Both the position numbers and the translations under genes were made by a program. Source: Patescibacteria group bacterium (GTDB lineage Bacteria > Patescibacteriota > Patescibacteriia > UBA10025 > JAHIVO01). From it: a stretch of DNA of 64,000 nucleotides. The stretch is from contig JBAZWB010000001.1 in NCBI GenBank assembly GCA_041660605.1, positions 750,503 to 814,502 of the forward strand, given 5' to 3'. Below the pieces are notes generated by a model. That model had not been told where the DNA came from. It did no database searches and saw only the letters and a list, made by a program, of their open reading frames with translations. Position 1 is the first letter of the stretch. Every line of letters begins with the position of its first letter. Below, piece after piece: positions 9,344 to 19,333 of the stretch.

Positions 9344-10213
9344 ATGAAAATGGGCATATCATTAATCGCAACCAGCAAAGCCAGGCATCTTGTCCCATTT
9401 TTGAATAAATCCGGAAAGCTTCAGATATTATCTCCGGAAAAAAACAAGGACCATAAATACCATTTTCCTGACGGTGAAATCTATGTCAGGCTGGCAAAAG
9501 TCCATCAACTGGAAAAGCGCGTAATCGTCCTGCATTCCGGCTGTCCCGATCCAAATGCCGGCCTGATAGAATTGGAAATGATCCTGCAAATTTTAAATAA
9601 CCACACTTCGCACCGGATTGAAGTGTTTTTCAGTTATTTTCCCTATGGCCAGCAGGATAAAATGTTCAGCCCCGGAGAAATCAATATGGCTTATACCCTG
9701 CTGGAAAAACTAGTTAAAAATTACAATGTTAAGCGCATCTACGCCATAGACGCCCATTTTGTCGGACGACCGTGGGTGGAAAATTTTCCGTTTGTAAATA
9801 TCTCCGCGGTAGAAAAATTAAAATCAGTGGCGGAGAAAGAATATCCGGATCTGATCTATAAAACGCCTGACAGCGGCAGCCAGCGCCGGACCGGGATAAA
9901 AGGAGTGAAGAAAAAACGTATACATTCTTATGAAACCAGGACCAAATGCAGCCAAAGTTTTAAAAAAGACGTACAAGGAAAAACAGTGGCCGTAGTTGAC
10001 GATATTCTGGAAACTGGCGGCACTCTTGATCGCTTCTATGATGAATGTAAAAAATATGGCGCTAAAAAAGTTATCGCCCTGATCACGCATGGCGTCATGC
10101 CCAGCGGCATAAAAAGGATAGAAAAAAAATACGACCGGTTGTATCTGGCCAATACCATTCAAACAGCGGAAAAATCTGTTAACATTTCAGATTTAATAAT
10201 AAATTCTATTTAA
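9344..10213 (+). CDS. prs: Ribose-phosphate pyrophosphokinase (PRPP synthetase)
   Basis: DGEIYVRL, FSYFPYGQQDK (PRPP-synthase Mg/ATP loop) and VDDILETGGTL (PRPP-binding motif). Confidence 0.7.
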   Translation: MKMGISLIATSKARHLVPFLNKSGKLQILSPEKNKDHKYHFPDGEIYVRLAKVHQLEKRVIVLHSGCPDPNAGLIELEMILQILNNHTSHRIEVFFSYFPYGQQDKMFSPGEINMAYTLLEKLVKNYNVKRIYAIDAHFVGRPWVENFPFVNISAVEKLKSVAEKEYPDLIYKTPDSGSQRRTGIKGVKKKRIHSYETRTKCSQSFKKDVQGKTVAVVDDILETGGTLDRFYDECKKYGAKKVIALITHGVMPSGIKRIEKKYDRLYLANTIQTAEKSVNISDLIINSI

Positions 10214-10316
10214 AACTTCTGAATTTTCTTCAAGCAATGCCTGGCTGAACATATTGGCGAGGAAATCTTTTATATTATCTAAATGCCTTTATAGATAGGC
10301 AAATTCCTCCTAAAAA

Positions 10317-10328
10317 TGGTATAATACC
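10317..10328 (+). promoter_or_regulatory. Extended -10 (TGgTATAAT) upstream of ABC transporter operon
   Basis: aaaTGgTATAATacc about 30 nt before the ATG at 10357. Confidence 0.35.
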
Positions 10329-10356
10329 GCGGTAGATCGCTAAAATTTGCTAAATT

Positions 10357-11034
10357 ATGGAATCAACAGAATATATAATCACGGTTAAAAATGTTTTCCG
10401 GACTTACGATCTGGGGGAGGTAAAAGTGCCGGCTTTACGCGGTGTTTCACTACAAATAAAGGCTGGCGATTTTTTAATCATTACCGGCCGCAACGGCTCA
10501 GGCAAAACCACCCTGCTTCGGCAGATGGGACTGCTGGACAAGCCAGACAGCGGAACAATCACCCTGCTGAATCAGAATGTAAATACTATGAAAGAAATTA
10601 AGCGATCAAAAATTAGGCTGACGAGATTAGGATACATCTTTCAGGAATATGCGCTGATCGCTGAACTGACTGCCATTGAAAACGTCATGCTGCCGGCCAT
10701 GATGCTTAGCACCACGCGTGATTGCCGCGAACGCGCCCATAAATTACTGCTGAAAGTCGGACTGGGCAAGCGGACCGGCCACCTGCCGCGCCAAATGTCC
10801 GGCGGCGAGCAGCAAAAAGTGGCCATTGCCAGGGCGCTGATCAATGATCCCGAAGTTATTTTCGCGGACGAACCGACGGCTAACCTTGATTCAGTCGCCG
10901 CTCGTGAAATTCTTTCAATTTTTAATTATTTAAATAAGCATGACAAGCATACGGTCGTCATGATCACCCACGAACAGGACGAAACATCTTATGCTAATCG
11001 CATTATCAAACTGGCCGACGGAAAAATTATATGA
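10357..11034 (+). CDS. ABC transporter ATP-binding protein (MacB/LolD/FtsE-like)
   Basis: Walker A GRNGSGKTT, signature LSGGEQQKVAIARAL, Walker B IFADEPTANLD. Confidence 0.9.
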   Translation: MESTEYIITVKNVFRTYDLGEVKVPALRGVSLQIKAGDFLIITGRNGSGKTTLLRQMGLLDKPDSGTITLLNQNVNTMKEIKRSKIRLTRLGYIFQEYALIAELTAIENVMLPAMMLSTTRDCRERAHKLLLKVGLGKRTGHLPRQMSGGEQQKVAIARALINDPEVIFADEPTANLDSVAAREILSIFNYLNKHDKHTVVMITHEQDETSYANRIIKLADGKII

Positions 11035-12233
11035 AAAAAGAATTTAGAATACCTTTTTTTCTCATGATGCGTTCCCTACGGCGCGGCAATAAATGGACCT
11101 TGGCCCTGATAATTTTTCTCATCGCCATCGCTTTTATAAATCTGGTGTTTGTCGCTTCGCTGTTCAATGGCGTCATTAAAAATGCCAATCAGCAAATTAT
11201 CGACGCCTTTACCGGAAATATTTACGCTACCCCGCTACCAGGCGATGATTTCATACCAAATGCCGATCAGACCCTTAAAAAAATCAGAAAAACTGATGGC
11301 GTGACCGCGGCCAGCGCGGAAACGATCTTGCCTGCCAGCCTGGAATTTAACAGCATCAAGCGCACTTGGCCGATACTGGCGATCAATCCGGATGATGAAA
11401 AAAAAGTATTAAATATCGCTGACAAGTTTTCTTCCGGCTCATATCTGGATAAAAACGATACCGATCAAATAATTATCGGCCGGCAGATTGCCGGCGGTGT
11501 AGGCGTGGAAATGGACGCCTTTTCATTTAAAAATGCCAAGGTGGGCGATAAAATTACTTTAAACTACGGCAATGCTGATTATGAATTCACTATAAAAGGA
11601 ATTTTTTACACCAAATTCATTGATACCGACCAAAAAGCTTTCATCACAGATGAAGCGCTGAAAAAAATTAATCCGAATTATTCCGACCAAGCCACCAGTA
11701 TTGTCATAAAAACCGCTGAAACAGGCAATGAGTCAGAAACAATTAAAAAGCTGGAGTCTGACGGTGTGGAGGCAAAATTCATAGACTGGGAAGATGCCGC
11801 CGGCGTAATGGCTTCAGTTACCGAGAGCTTTTTAAGCATAAACGTGCTAATGACAAGCGTGGCGCTTCTAATCGCCGCGGTAACGATTTTTATCGTCATT
11901 TACATCGACATCTCCAGCCGGCGGCAACAGATAGGCATACTGCGTGCCATTGGCATCCGCCCTTATCTTATTACAGCTAATTACGTCTTGCTTTCCGCAG
12001 TTTATTCGGTAGCTGGAGTACTCCTCGGCTCAGGTTTATTTTTCGGAATCCTGGTCCCTTATTTTAATGCCCACCCTTTTGTCCTGCCGATCGCCGACGC
12101 CACCCTGGTGGTAAATTACGCCGATTTCATTATCCGCATGGAATCAATAATCTGGGTGGCAATTTTAACCAGCCTAATTCCGGCGTTTTTAATTACCCGC
12201 ATTAAAATCCTGGACGCCCTTCGTGGAAAATAA
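11031..12233 (+). CDS. ABC transporter permease, FtsX/MacB-type (periplasmic domain plus 4 TM)
   Basis: Overlaps the ATPase stop (operon). Has the N-terminal TM, large extracytoplasmic domain and C-terminal FtsX-like TM bundle. Confidence 0.8.
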   Translation: MKKEFRIPFFLMMRSLRRGNKWTLALIIFLIAIAFINLVFVASLFNGVIKNANQQIIDAFTGNIYATPLPGDDFIPNADQTLKKIRKTDGVTAASAETILPASLEFNSIKRTWPILAINPDDEKKVLNIADKFSSGSYLDKNDTDQIIIGRQIAGGVGVEMDAFSFKNAKVGDKITLNYGNADYEFTIKGIFYTKFIDTDQKAFITDEALKKINPNYSDQATSIVIKTAETGNESETIKKLESDGVEAKFIDWEDAAGVMASVTESFLSINVLMTSVALLIAAVTIFIVIYIDISSRRQQIGILRAIGIRPYLITANYVLLSAVYSVAGVLLGSGLFFGILVPYFNAHPFVLPIADATLVVNYADFIIRMESIIWVAILTSLIPAFLITRIKILDALRGK

Positions 12234-12238
12234 AAAGA

Positions 12239-12266
12239 CGTCACGCTGCATGGCTGCTGCGTGACG
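12239..12266. terminator. Hairpin terminator between convergent genes (CGTCACGC-12 nt-GCGTGACG; A-run upstream means T-run on minus strand)
   Basis: Perfect 8-bp GC-rich stem read from sequence. Confidence 0.5.
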
Positions 12267-12282
12267 CTTACTGACCTAGTTT

Positions 12283-12588
12283 TCAGCAAAATAGGATAAA
12301 GAAACCTCCTACCAAAACAATGGCGGACATAGCATAGTACCCTATAATGAAGCCAACCGGAAAACCTCGACCGCAATTGGCATTCCCGAGTGATGCGCCA
12401 AGCAGAGGCACGATAATCACATAGCCTGCCAACATCACCTGCCATGCCCTAAAGCCGGGATGCAAAAACGCACTGATGCCGGCTATCAGCCCCACGCAAA
12501 TTATCGCGGTAATAAGACCGATTGCAATCCCCCATTTTAATGTTAGGCCTGTACAGCGGCTGATCGATACGGAAGCATCCGTCTCCAT
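12283..12588 (-). CDS. Small hypothetical membrane protein (3 predicted TM), GC-richer than surroundings
   Basis: ORF of 101 aa, hydrophobic. No recognisable family. Confidence 0.4.
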   Translation of the reverse strand: METDASVSISRCTGLTLKWGIAIGLITAIICVGLIAGISAFLHPGFRAWQVMLAGYVIIVPLLGASLGNANCGRGFPVGFIIGYYAMSAIVLVGGFFILFC

Positions 12589-12659
12589 AACACGCTCCTA
12601 GCTGTCAAATGTGCCAATCAATTTCTTGTTATTAGATAATATTACTCTTTTCGAAAAAA

Positions 12660-13595
12660 TTGTCAAAACCATTCTGGAAAAAAATTGAAAAACCGATCAT
12701 CGCGCTGGCGCCAATGGACGGGTACACGGACAGCGCTTTTCGGCGTATCTCCAAATCCGTAAATAGTAATTTAGTTTTGTTTACTGAATTTGTTTCTGCG
12801 GACGGTCTGAACCATAAGGCAAAAAAACTTCTGGAAAAAATCAAGTTTAATGTTTCCGAAAAACCAATTATCGTGCAATTATTCGGCAAGAACGCTGAAT
12901 CATTCGCCACTGCGGCAAAGTTATGTGAGTCGTTGGGCTTTGCCGGCATAGACATAAATATGGGCTGCCCGTCTAAAAAAGTTGTTAAATCCGAACATGG
13001 CGTGGCCTTAAGAAAAAAACCTGATCTGGCTTTTCATCTGGTAGAAACGGTGACTAAAGCTACTTCCCTGCCTGTCTCAGTAAAAACACGCCTGGGCTGG
13101 AGCAATGCCGACGATTTACTGGATTTCTCCCGCGGTGTAGTCAACGCCGGCGCGCAGATGATCACCGTACATGGCCGGACCTACAAACAGGGATTCAGCG
13201 ACCAATCAGACTGGCAGCCGATTTATGAACTGAAAAAAAATCTTTCCATTCCCGTGCTGGGAAACGGTGATGTCGCTTCAATCGCGGACGGAATGAAAAA
13301 AATTAAAAACCTGGATGGTTTTATGATCGGCCGGGCGGCCATTGGCAATCCGTGGGTTTTCAGCGATCAACCGCCGGTTTCGTTTGCAGAAAAAATTCCT
13401 TTAATAAACAAGCATGCGGAATTTTTGATAGAATTAAAAGGTGAAAAAATCACCCTATTAGAAATACGAAAACACTTGCTCGCCTATGTTAAAGGCTTGC
13501 CTGGCGCTGGCTCATACCGCTCTCAGCTAGTACGAGTTCAATCGCTTGCAGAGATTGAAGACATCTTAACAAATATAGCCGATAAAGTCGGCTAA
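12660..13595 (+). CDS. dus: tRNA-dihydrouridine synthase
   Basis: IALAPMDGYTDSAFRR and GIDINMGCPSKKV (catalytic Cys), TIM-barrel family. Confidence 0.85.
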   Translation: MSKPFWKKIEKPIIALAPMDGYTDSAFRRISKSVNSNLVLFTEFVSADGLNHKAKKLLEKIKFNVSEKPIIVQLFGKNAESFATAAKLCESLGFAGIDINMGCPSKKVVKSEHGVALRKKPDLAFHLVETVTKATSLPVSVKTRLGWSNADDLLDFSRGVVNAGAQMITVHGRTYKQGFSDQSDWQPIYELKKNLSIPVLGNGDVASIADGMKKIKNLDGFMIGRAAIGNPWVFSDQPPVSFAEKIPLINKHAEFLIELKGEKITLLEIRKHLLAYVKGLPGAGSYRSQLVRVQSLAEIEDILTNIADKVG

Positions 13596-13642
13596 CGACT
13601 GGCATTTAGCAGGCCATTTGCTATACTAAACAAAACAATATT

Positions 13643-14074
13643 ATGGTTAAATTCAAATTATTTTTTGCGCCAAAAGCATTTATCGTTAAAAACGGCAAAG
13701 TGCTGGTCTTGCGCGAATCAGCTACACACCCGACCAACACCCACGCCGGTGAATATAGCCTGATCGGCGGCAGGATAGAGCCGAACGAACCGTGGGAAAA
13801 GGGTTTTGCGCGCGAAGTTAATGAGGAGATCGGTGCGACTTTCAAAATCCTCAAACCACTTTGGGTTAGTGAATCATTTAATGAAGTCCAAAAAGAAAAA
13901 TGGCATATTGTGCGCTGTTTTTTCCTGTGCAAAATGGAAGATCAGCCAATTAAGCTTAGCGGCGAACATGACCAATTCAAATGGATTGACCCAGTGAATT
14001 ATAAAAATGAAAATCTTATTCCCAATGAATATGGAGTATTTGAAGCGTATTTGGAACTGCTTAATAAAAATTAA
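13643..14074 (+). CDS. NUDIX hydrolase
   Basis: Nudix box GGRIEPNEPWEKGFAREVNEEIG (GX5EX7REUXEEXGU). Confidence 0.8.
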   Translation: MVKFKLFFAPKAFIVKNGKVLVLRESATHPTNTHAGEYSLIGGRIEPNEPWEKGFAREVNEEIGATFKILKPLWVSESFNEVQKEKWHIVRCFFLCKMEDQPIKLSGEHDQFKWIDPVNYKNENLIPNEYGVFEAYLELLNKN

Positions 14075-14111
14075 GCGTTTTATATAGTATTATTTAGATT
14101 ACAAAACATAT

Positions 14112-14498
14112 ATGGAGACGAAAGATAATATAATGACTACAAATAGCCCTAAACCCGTAAATAGTATTTATTACAAACATATTGGAAAAATAGTACTAAT
14201 TTGTCTGCAAGGCATTATTATCTTGGCTTCATTTATTTATTTCATAAACGGAGCTGTTCAGTACATTGGAAAAAATAAAAGTAATATCGAGGATGATTTA
14301 CAGCGTTGCACAATGCATACAATACCATATGCAATAACCGCAATTGTCGTATTAATCCTGCAGATTCTTTTAATTCGTTGGTCTATACGCAGTAAACGCA
14401 CATTTGTCCCGGGTGTCAGTCTGCTGATTACGATCTTTCTCACAATCTTATGGATGAATATAGCTACTTTTACGAATATTTTAATTGATTGTGTATAG
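14112..14498 (+). CDS. Hypothetical membrane protein
   Basis: ORF with 3 hydrophobic helices. No family recognised. Confidence 0.4.
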   Translation: METKDNIMTTNSPKPVNSIYYKHIGKIVLICLQGIIILASFIYFINGAVQYIGKNKSNIEDDLQRCTMHTIPYAITAIVVLILQILLIRWSIRSKRTFVPGVSLLITIFLTILWMNIATFTNILIDCV

Positions 14499-14529
14499 TT
14501 TTATATTACTATTTGCTGATAATTAACAT

Positions 14530-14967
14530 ATGAAAACCTTTCTAATCTTCACCTGGATCTGGCTGGCTATGATCGCCACTGCCTTTTGGGAATCATATGT
14601 GGAGGGCCGTAATGCCTGGGATCGCGGTAAATACGGCTGGAAATTCACCGTTGGAAAAAGCTTCGTTGTTACCGGCTACCATTTTTTCCTTTTTTACGTA
14701 ATGTGGCCGTTGATGCTCACTCTGCCGTTTGTGATCTTCGGCTGGAACAGTAGGTTTTTCGGCATAGTGCTGAGCGCCTTCGCTTCCGGCTCGGTGGTTG
14801 AAGACTTCATGTGGTACGTGGTAAATCCGGTGGTCAAATTCAAAGAATTAAACACTGACTTTGCCAATTATTATCCCAGAATCAGGTTTGGCAAAATTAA
14901 AATACCGGTTTTCTATTTTATCGGTATTCTGATCGCGATTGCTTCCTGGTATATATTCTGGAGATAA
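14530..14967 (+). CDS. Hypothetical membrane protein (4 TM)
   Basis: ORF, hydrophobic. Followed by a strong hairpin. Confidence 0.45.
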   Translation: MKTFLIFTWIWLAMIATAFWESYVEGRNAWDRGKYGWKFTVGKSFVVTGYHFFLFYVMWPLMLTLPFVIFGWNSRFFGIVLSAFASGSVVEDFMWYVVNPVVKFKELNTDFANYYPRIRFGKIKIPVFYFIGILIAIASWYIFWR

Positions 14968-14990
14968 ATATCAATAATTAATAAAAAAAG

Positions 14991-15020
14991 AATAGGACAG
15001 TCGGGCAGGACTGTCCTATT
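14991..15020. terminator. Bidirectional rho-independent terminator (AATAGGACAGTC-GGGCAG-GACTGTCCTATT)
   Basis: 12-bp perfect stem. A7 upstream gives T7 on the minus strand, so it terminates the 15071..15583 minus-strand gene. Weaker T-rich tail on plus. Confidence 0.7.
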
Positions 15021-15070
15021 TCTAAGTTATTACATCATGAGCAAACGCTAGTATTGCTTAAAATATCCGG

Positions 15071-15583
15071 CTAAACAAGTGCATGCCATTGCGTGCGAAG
15101 GTTATTCAACAGCCCTTCGAACTGACGGAAAAAAGTATCGTAAACTAATCCCGTTTCAGTTCTGTTGAACTGATGAGGCGGACAAGTGAGCAGGCCTCTG
15201 ATCGTACCGAGCTGTTGTAGCATCAATGGCCAAGTCATAGGAACCTTTTCGCACCTTGTGCTACGGCACACAAAAACGACTTGAGCGTCTGCCTCATAAA
15301 ACCAATACGGAAGCCAGCTTGACTGTACTTTCATCCATATATTATCAGTTTCATGTATCAACTGAACTTGCAGATCCGGTTGAAAACGCCCCTGATCGTG
15401 AGGACGATCAAAATACCTTAGCCAAATACCCGGATTGGTTTTTGTCCACCCAGAAATAATATCAACCCGTGCAAAATACAGCTCCGATTCACCAGGTGTA
15501 TCCCGTAGGACGCATCTGACAACCAATCTCCCATCGCGGAGATATTCATAGAATGTTTCTGGTGTTAATTCTCCAGGAAACAT
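15071..15583 (-). CDS. Hypothetical protein, compositionally atypical (about 50% GC, Trp/Arg-rich) orphan
   Basis: 170-aa ORF with a clean start and the terminator above. No recognisable motifs. Confidence 0.45.
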   Translation of the reverse strand: MFPGELTPETFYEYLRDGRLVVRCVLRDTPGESELYFARVDIISGWTKTNPGIWLRYFDRPHDQGRFQPDLQVQLIHETDNIWMKVQSSWLPYWFYEADAQVVFVCRSTRCEKVPMTWPLMLQQLGTIRGLLTCPPHQFNRTETGLVYDTFFRQFEGLLNNLRTQWHALV

Positions 15584-15769
15584 AGTTAACCTCCAGTTAC
15601 CTAGGTTTTTTACCGTCGGCTATGGTTGTAGGTTTGTTGTGAATATCCTCAAACTGCCCTTCAAGGATGTGAATGTACTAATACCAAAAATTACCATATC
15701 TTCTTTATAAGCGTCAATGGTTAATTTGACTAAAATTAATTTAAACTTTAAGCTTATTTCCGTTTAATT

Positions 15770-16705
15770 CTATAATTTTTCCTTGAAATTCTGGTAATAT
15801 CTTTTCTGGACTTCTCCCCAGGTAAAGCTGTGGGTTTGGGTGCCATACGCCTCAACCGTATACACGCTGACTACCGCCGCCAGTTTTCCAATCTTTGGCA
15901 ATGGATAACCCATGATTAAACCTTTTATAAAGCCTGCTCGATACGCATCACCCGCTCCGGTGGGGTCAGAGGTATTTTTCGGTTTGGCCGGCGGTATGAT
16001 ATGCTTCTGATCGCGGGTAACTATCACCGAGCCCTTTTCGCCTTTTGTATTTACCACCATTTCGGTCATCCCTAGCAGATCCCTCATGTTCAATCGCAGC
16101 TTATTTAAAATGCATACCAGCTCATAATCATTCGTAATCAGCGCCTTGGAACCCTGGATTCCGTTGATCAGGTCGCGCTGGGATAAAACCGGAATCTGCT
16201 GTCCGGGATCGAAAATATAGGGAGTCTTGGTTTTTTTATATAGCTCCGGATATTTTTTCATGTCCGTCGAATTGCCCGGCGAGACAATGCCGATTGATTT
16301 GCTGCCCAGCATCTGCGGCGGCGGGGTCAGGCTGTTGAATTTCATTGACCCGGGAAAAAATCCGGCGATCTGGTTGTCATCCTTGTCAGTGATGACATAA
16401 GCTGAAGCAGTGGCCAGGTCACTAACCTTTTTGCAATATGAATAATTTATGCCTTTACTGCGCAGCCATTTTCCGTAATCATGAAAATCATTGCCATAAG
16501 AGCTCAAAACAGTTGCTTTCTCGCCCAGCAAAGAAAGGCTGTAGGCGATATTCACCGCCGTGCCTCCGAAACTCTGCCGGAACGTATCAACCAAAAAGCT
16601 GACATTTAAAATATGGATCTTGTCAGGCAGTATGTGGTCCTTAAAACGGCCGTTGAAATTCATGATGCGGTCATAAGCCAGCGATCCGGAGACTAATATT
16701 TTCAT
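15770..16705 (-). CDS. PfkB-family carbohydrate/nucleoside kinase (ribokinase/adenosine kinase-like)
   Basis: N-terminal GG motif region GTAVNIAYSL and C-terminal DPTGAGDAYRAGF (PfkB signature 2). Confidence 0.8.
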   Translation of the reverse strand: MKILVSGSLAYDRIMNFNGRFKDHILPDKIHILNVSFLVDTFRQSFGGTAVNIAYSLSLLGEKATVLSSYGNDFHDYGKWLRSKGINYSYCKKVSDLATASAYVITDKDDNQIAGFFPGSMKFNSLTPPPQMLGSKSIGIVSPGNSTDMKKYPELYKKTKTPYIFDPGQQIPVLSQRDLINGIQGSKALITNDYELVCILNKLRLNMRDLLGMTEMVVNTKGEKGSVIVTRDQKHIIPPAKPKNTSDPTGAGDAYRAGFIKGLIMGYPLPKIGKLAAVVSVYTVEAYGTQTHSFTWGEVQKRYYQNFKEKL

Positions 16706-16715
16706 AAAATTTAGT

Positions 16716-17573
16716 TTATTTGAATGAATTTAATTCCTGGGAAATGTCAATATTTTCAATGGACTGCTTGACTAGCGTAGCTTCTTTTAATTGCGGAAGT
16801 TTATCTACACTTGTCGGCTTCTGAGTTTGATAGATCACGCCGATCGGGAGTTTATCGTGACCTTGCGTGGCCACCGTCAGTGCTTTTTGGAAATCTGCGG
16901 CATTATGTCCGGCTTCCTCAACTTTATAAATCCTGTCTTTATACCACTGGAAAGTATTGACTTTATTAAAAGTTACGCAAACCTGCAGAATATTGATAAA
17001 AGAAAAACCGCGGTGCTTGATGGCTTTCTTGATTAGCTCGCTCAGGTGAATAATATCGCCGCTGAAACCCTGCGCCACGAAAGTCGCTCCGTTGATAATA
17101 GCGCTGGCCAGAGGATTAAACGGCTGATTGGGCGCGCCAAAAGGCGTGGACGCTGTTTTCATGCCTTCTGCGGTGGTCGGAGACATCTGGCCCTTAGTCA
17201 GACTGTAAAGACGGTTGTCGTGCACTAAATAAGTGATATCAATATTGGTGCGGGCCGTATGGACGAAATGCGCAATTCCCTCACCGAATGAATCGCCATC
17301 TCCGGCATCAGCGATGACAGTTAAATCATGATTAGCTAATTTAACGCCAACTGCTACGGGTAATGACCGGCCATGCAGAGTATGAAAAGCGTAAAGCTTG
17401 AAAAAATTTGCGCCATTGGATGAGCAGCCAATGCCAAATGACATCACTACCTGATGCGGTTCCAGGCCCAGCTCCGAGAGGGCTTTCTTGGTTGCCGGAT
17501 AAATGCCGAAGTTTCCGCAGCCCGGGCACCAGGTCGGCTTATAAGTACTGGTAAAATCCTGTTGTGTTGCCAT
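16716..17573 (-). CDS. korB: 2-oxoacid:ferredoxin oxidoreductase beta subunit (TPP-binding)
   Basis: CPGCGNFGI N-terminal motif and GDGD TPP-binding region. Confidence 0.85.
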   Translation of the reverse strand: MATQQDFTSTYKPTWCPGCGNFGIYPATKKALSELGLEPHQVVMSFGIGCSSNGANFFKLYAFHTLHGRSLPVAVGVKLANHDLTVIADAGDGDSFGEGIAHFVHTARTNIDITYLVHDNRLYSLTKGQMSPTTAEGMKTASTPFGAPNQPFNPLASAIINGATFVAQGFSGDIIHLSELIKKAIKHRGFSFINILQVCVTFNKVNTFQWYKDRIYKVEEAGHNAADFQKALTVATQGHDKLPIGVIYQTQKPTSVDKLPQLKEATLVKQSIENIDISQELNSFK

Positions 17574-17574
17574 A

Positions 17575-19317
17575 TTATTTGATTTCCTTAATTGTCTGCA
17601 CCAGCTCTTGGACGAAAAACGGTCGGCCGTCGTATTTCAATATTTTGTAATCCGGCGCCAGCCCGGTCTGTTCGCGGATCCAGCCGGCCAGCTGGCCGGT
17701 CTTGTTTTGCTCCACTACAGCTACCTTTTTTGCTTTTTTGAAGATTTCCTTGACTTGTTCAACCGGGAACGGACTGATATAGATTATCTGCAGAAAATTC
17801 ACCTTAATATTTTCTTTTTTTAATTCCCGCATCGCCTCCAGGATCGGACCGCGGTTTGAGCCCCAGGAAATCAGGGTAATATCCGCCTTGTGTTCGCCTT
17901 CAAAGATCGCCGTTGGCAGCTCTTTTTTTGCCGTGGCTTCCTTGCGGAACCGCTTGTCCATCATTTTTGTCCGTTCTTCCGCGCTTTCTTCCGAGAAACT
18001 CATTTCATTATGCTCATCGCTGTTGGCGATGTGCTCTCCGCCCTTGGTGCCGGGCAAAGTGCGCGGAGAAACGCCTGACGCCGTATCTTTATATCGCAGA
18101 TAATTCTTGCCTGCCGCCAGATCCTTTTCTGTCAAAACTGCGCCGCGGTTTATTTTAATATCTTTCAGTAATTTTTTCTCCACCCATTTGTGGCTGGAGG
18201 CCAGGAATTTATCAGTTATAAACATCACCGGCGATTGGTATTTTTCCGCCAGATTGAATGCCTCCTGGATATAATTGTAGCATTGCTCAACATCACCCGG
18301 CGCGATGACAAAGCGGGGAAACTCGCCGTGTGAAGCGGAAAGTAAAAATTTTAAATCATCCTGCCCGCCCCAGGTCGGCAATCCGGTAGAAGGGCCAGTG
18401 CGCATCGCTTCAACCACGACTAATGGCACTTCAACCATCCCAGCCATGCCCCAGGCTTCAGTCATCAGGCAAAAACCGCCGCCAGAGGTGGCAGTCATTG
18501 CACGCACGCCGGTATAGGCAGCGCCGATAGCAGCGTTAATGGCGGAAATTTCATCTTCCGTATGCTGGACTACCAGTTTTTGCCGCTCGGCAACGGCGGC
18601 CATATTACCTAAGATTGAAGTAGCCGGGGTCATCGGATAAGCGGATAAAAACTTGCAGCCGGCTTTAATCGCGCCCCAGACTATGCCGTGGTTTCCTTCC
18701 ATCAACAGGCGTTCAACAGGAGGCAACAATTTGAACTGGTAATTAAACTCTTTTTTGAAATTCTGTAATAGGAAATCATACCCGGCCTTGGCGGCGTCAA
18801 TATTAGTGGTGACGATATTTTCAGCTTTTTTCTTCATGCCAAAATTAAGCGTAATAATCTCCTGCAAATTTTTGAATGGCAAGCCCAATAAAGCAAAACT
18901 GACGCCCAAAGCTACGACGTTCCTGGCTACTTTTTCCGCACCTGCCTTAACGGCTAAATCTTCAAGCGGCGCTCCGATAATATGCATTGAAGCAGGAAAA
19001 TTGCCATGATCGATTTTAATGTTATCGGAATTGTAAATAATTGCCGCATCCGGCGAAAGCTCATGGGTATGCGCTTCTATTGTTTCCTGATTCAGGGCAA
19101 CCAGAATATTGACCGGTCGCCTGACAGAATAGACCTCTTCATCAGCCGAACTGACCTCATAAGTATTATGCCCACCGCGGATCAGCGAAGGATACTCGGC
19201 ATAATCAAAAACATAAAGTCCGGCACGCAGCATAGCCCGGGCGAACATCGCGCCTGCCGATAAAATGCCGTAGCCTGCTTCTCCGCCGATTTTCCAGTTA
19301 AAATTATTTACAATCAT
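17575..19317 (-). CDS. korA: 2-oxoacid:ferredoxin oxidoreductase alpha subunit with N-terminal gamma-like domain (fused gamma-alpha)
   Basis: N-terminal IGGEAGYGILSAG...YPSLIRGG (gamma domain) then GNHGIVWGAIKAG...YPMTPATSI (alpha domain). Start trimmed to MIVNNFNW so it no longer overlaps ackA. Confidence 0.85.
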   Translation of the reverse strand: MIVNNFNWKIGGEAGYGILSAGAMFARAMLRAGLYVFDYAEYPSLIRGGHNTYEVSSADEEVYSVRRPVNILVALNQETIEAHTHELSPDAAIIYNSDNIKIDHGNFPASMHIIGAPLEDLAVKAGAEKVARNVVALGVSFALLGLPFKNLQEIITLNFGMKKKAENIVTTNIDAAKAGYDFLLQNFKKEFNYQFKLLPPVERLLMEGNHGIVWGAIKAGCKFLSAYPMTPATSILGNMAAVAERQKLVVQHTEDEISAINAAIGAAYTGVRAMTATSGGGFCLMTEAWGMAGMVEVPLVVVEAMRTGPSTGLPTWGGQDDLKFLLSASHGEFPRFVIAPGDVEQCYNYIQEAFNLAEKYQSPVMFITDKFLASSHKWVEKKLLKDIKINRGAVLTEKDLAAGKNYLRYKDTASGVSPRTLPGTKGGEHIANSDEHNEMSFSEESAEERTKMMDKRFRKEATAKKELPTAIFEGEHKADITLISWGSNRGPILEAMRELKKENIKVNFLQIIYISPFPVEQVKEIFKKAKKVAVVEQNKTGQLAGWIREQTGLAPDYKILKYDGRPFFVQELVQTIKEIK

Positions 19318-19333
19318 AAGATGATTAAAAAAA

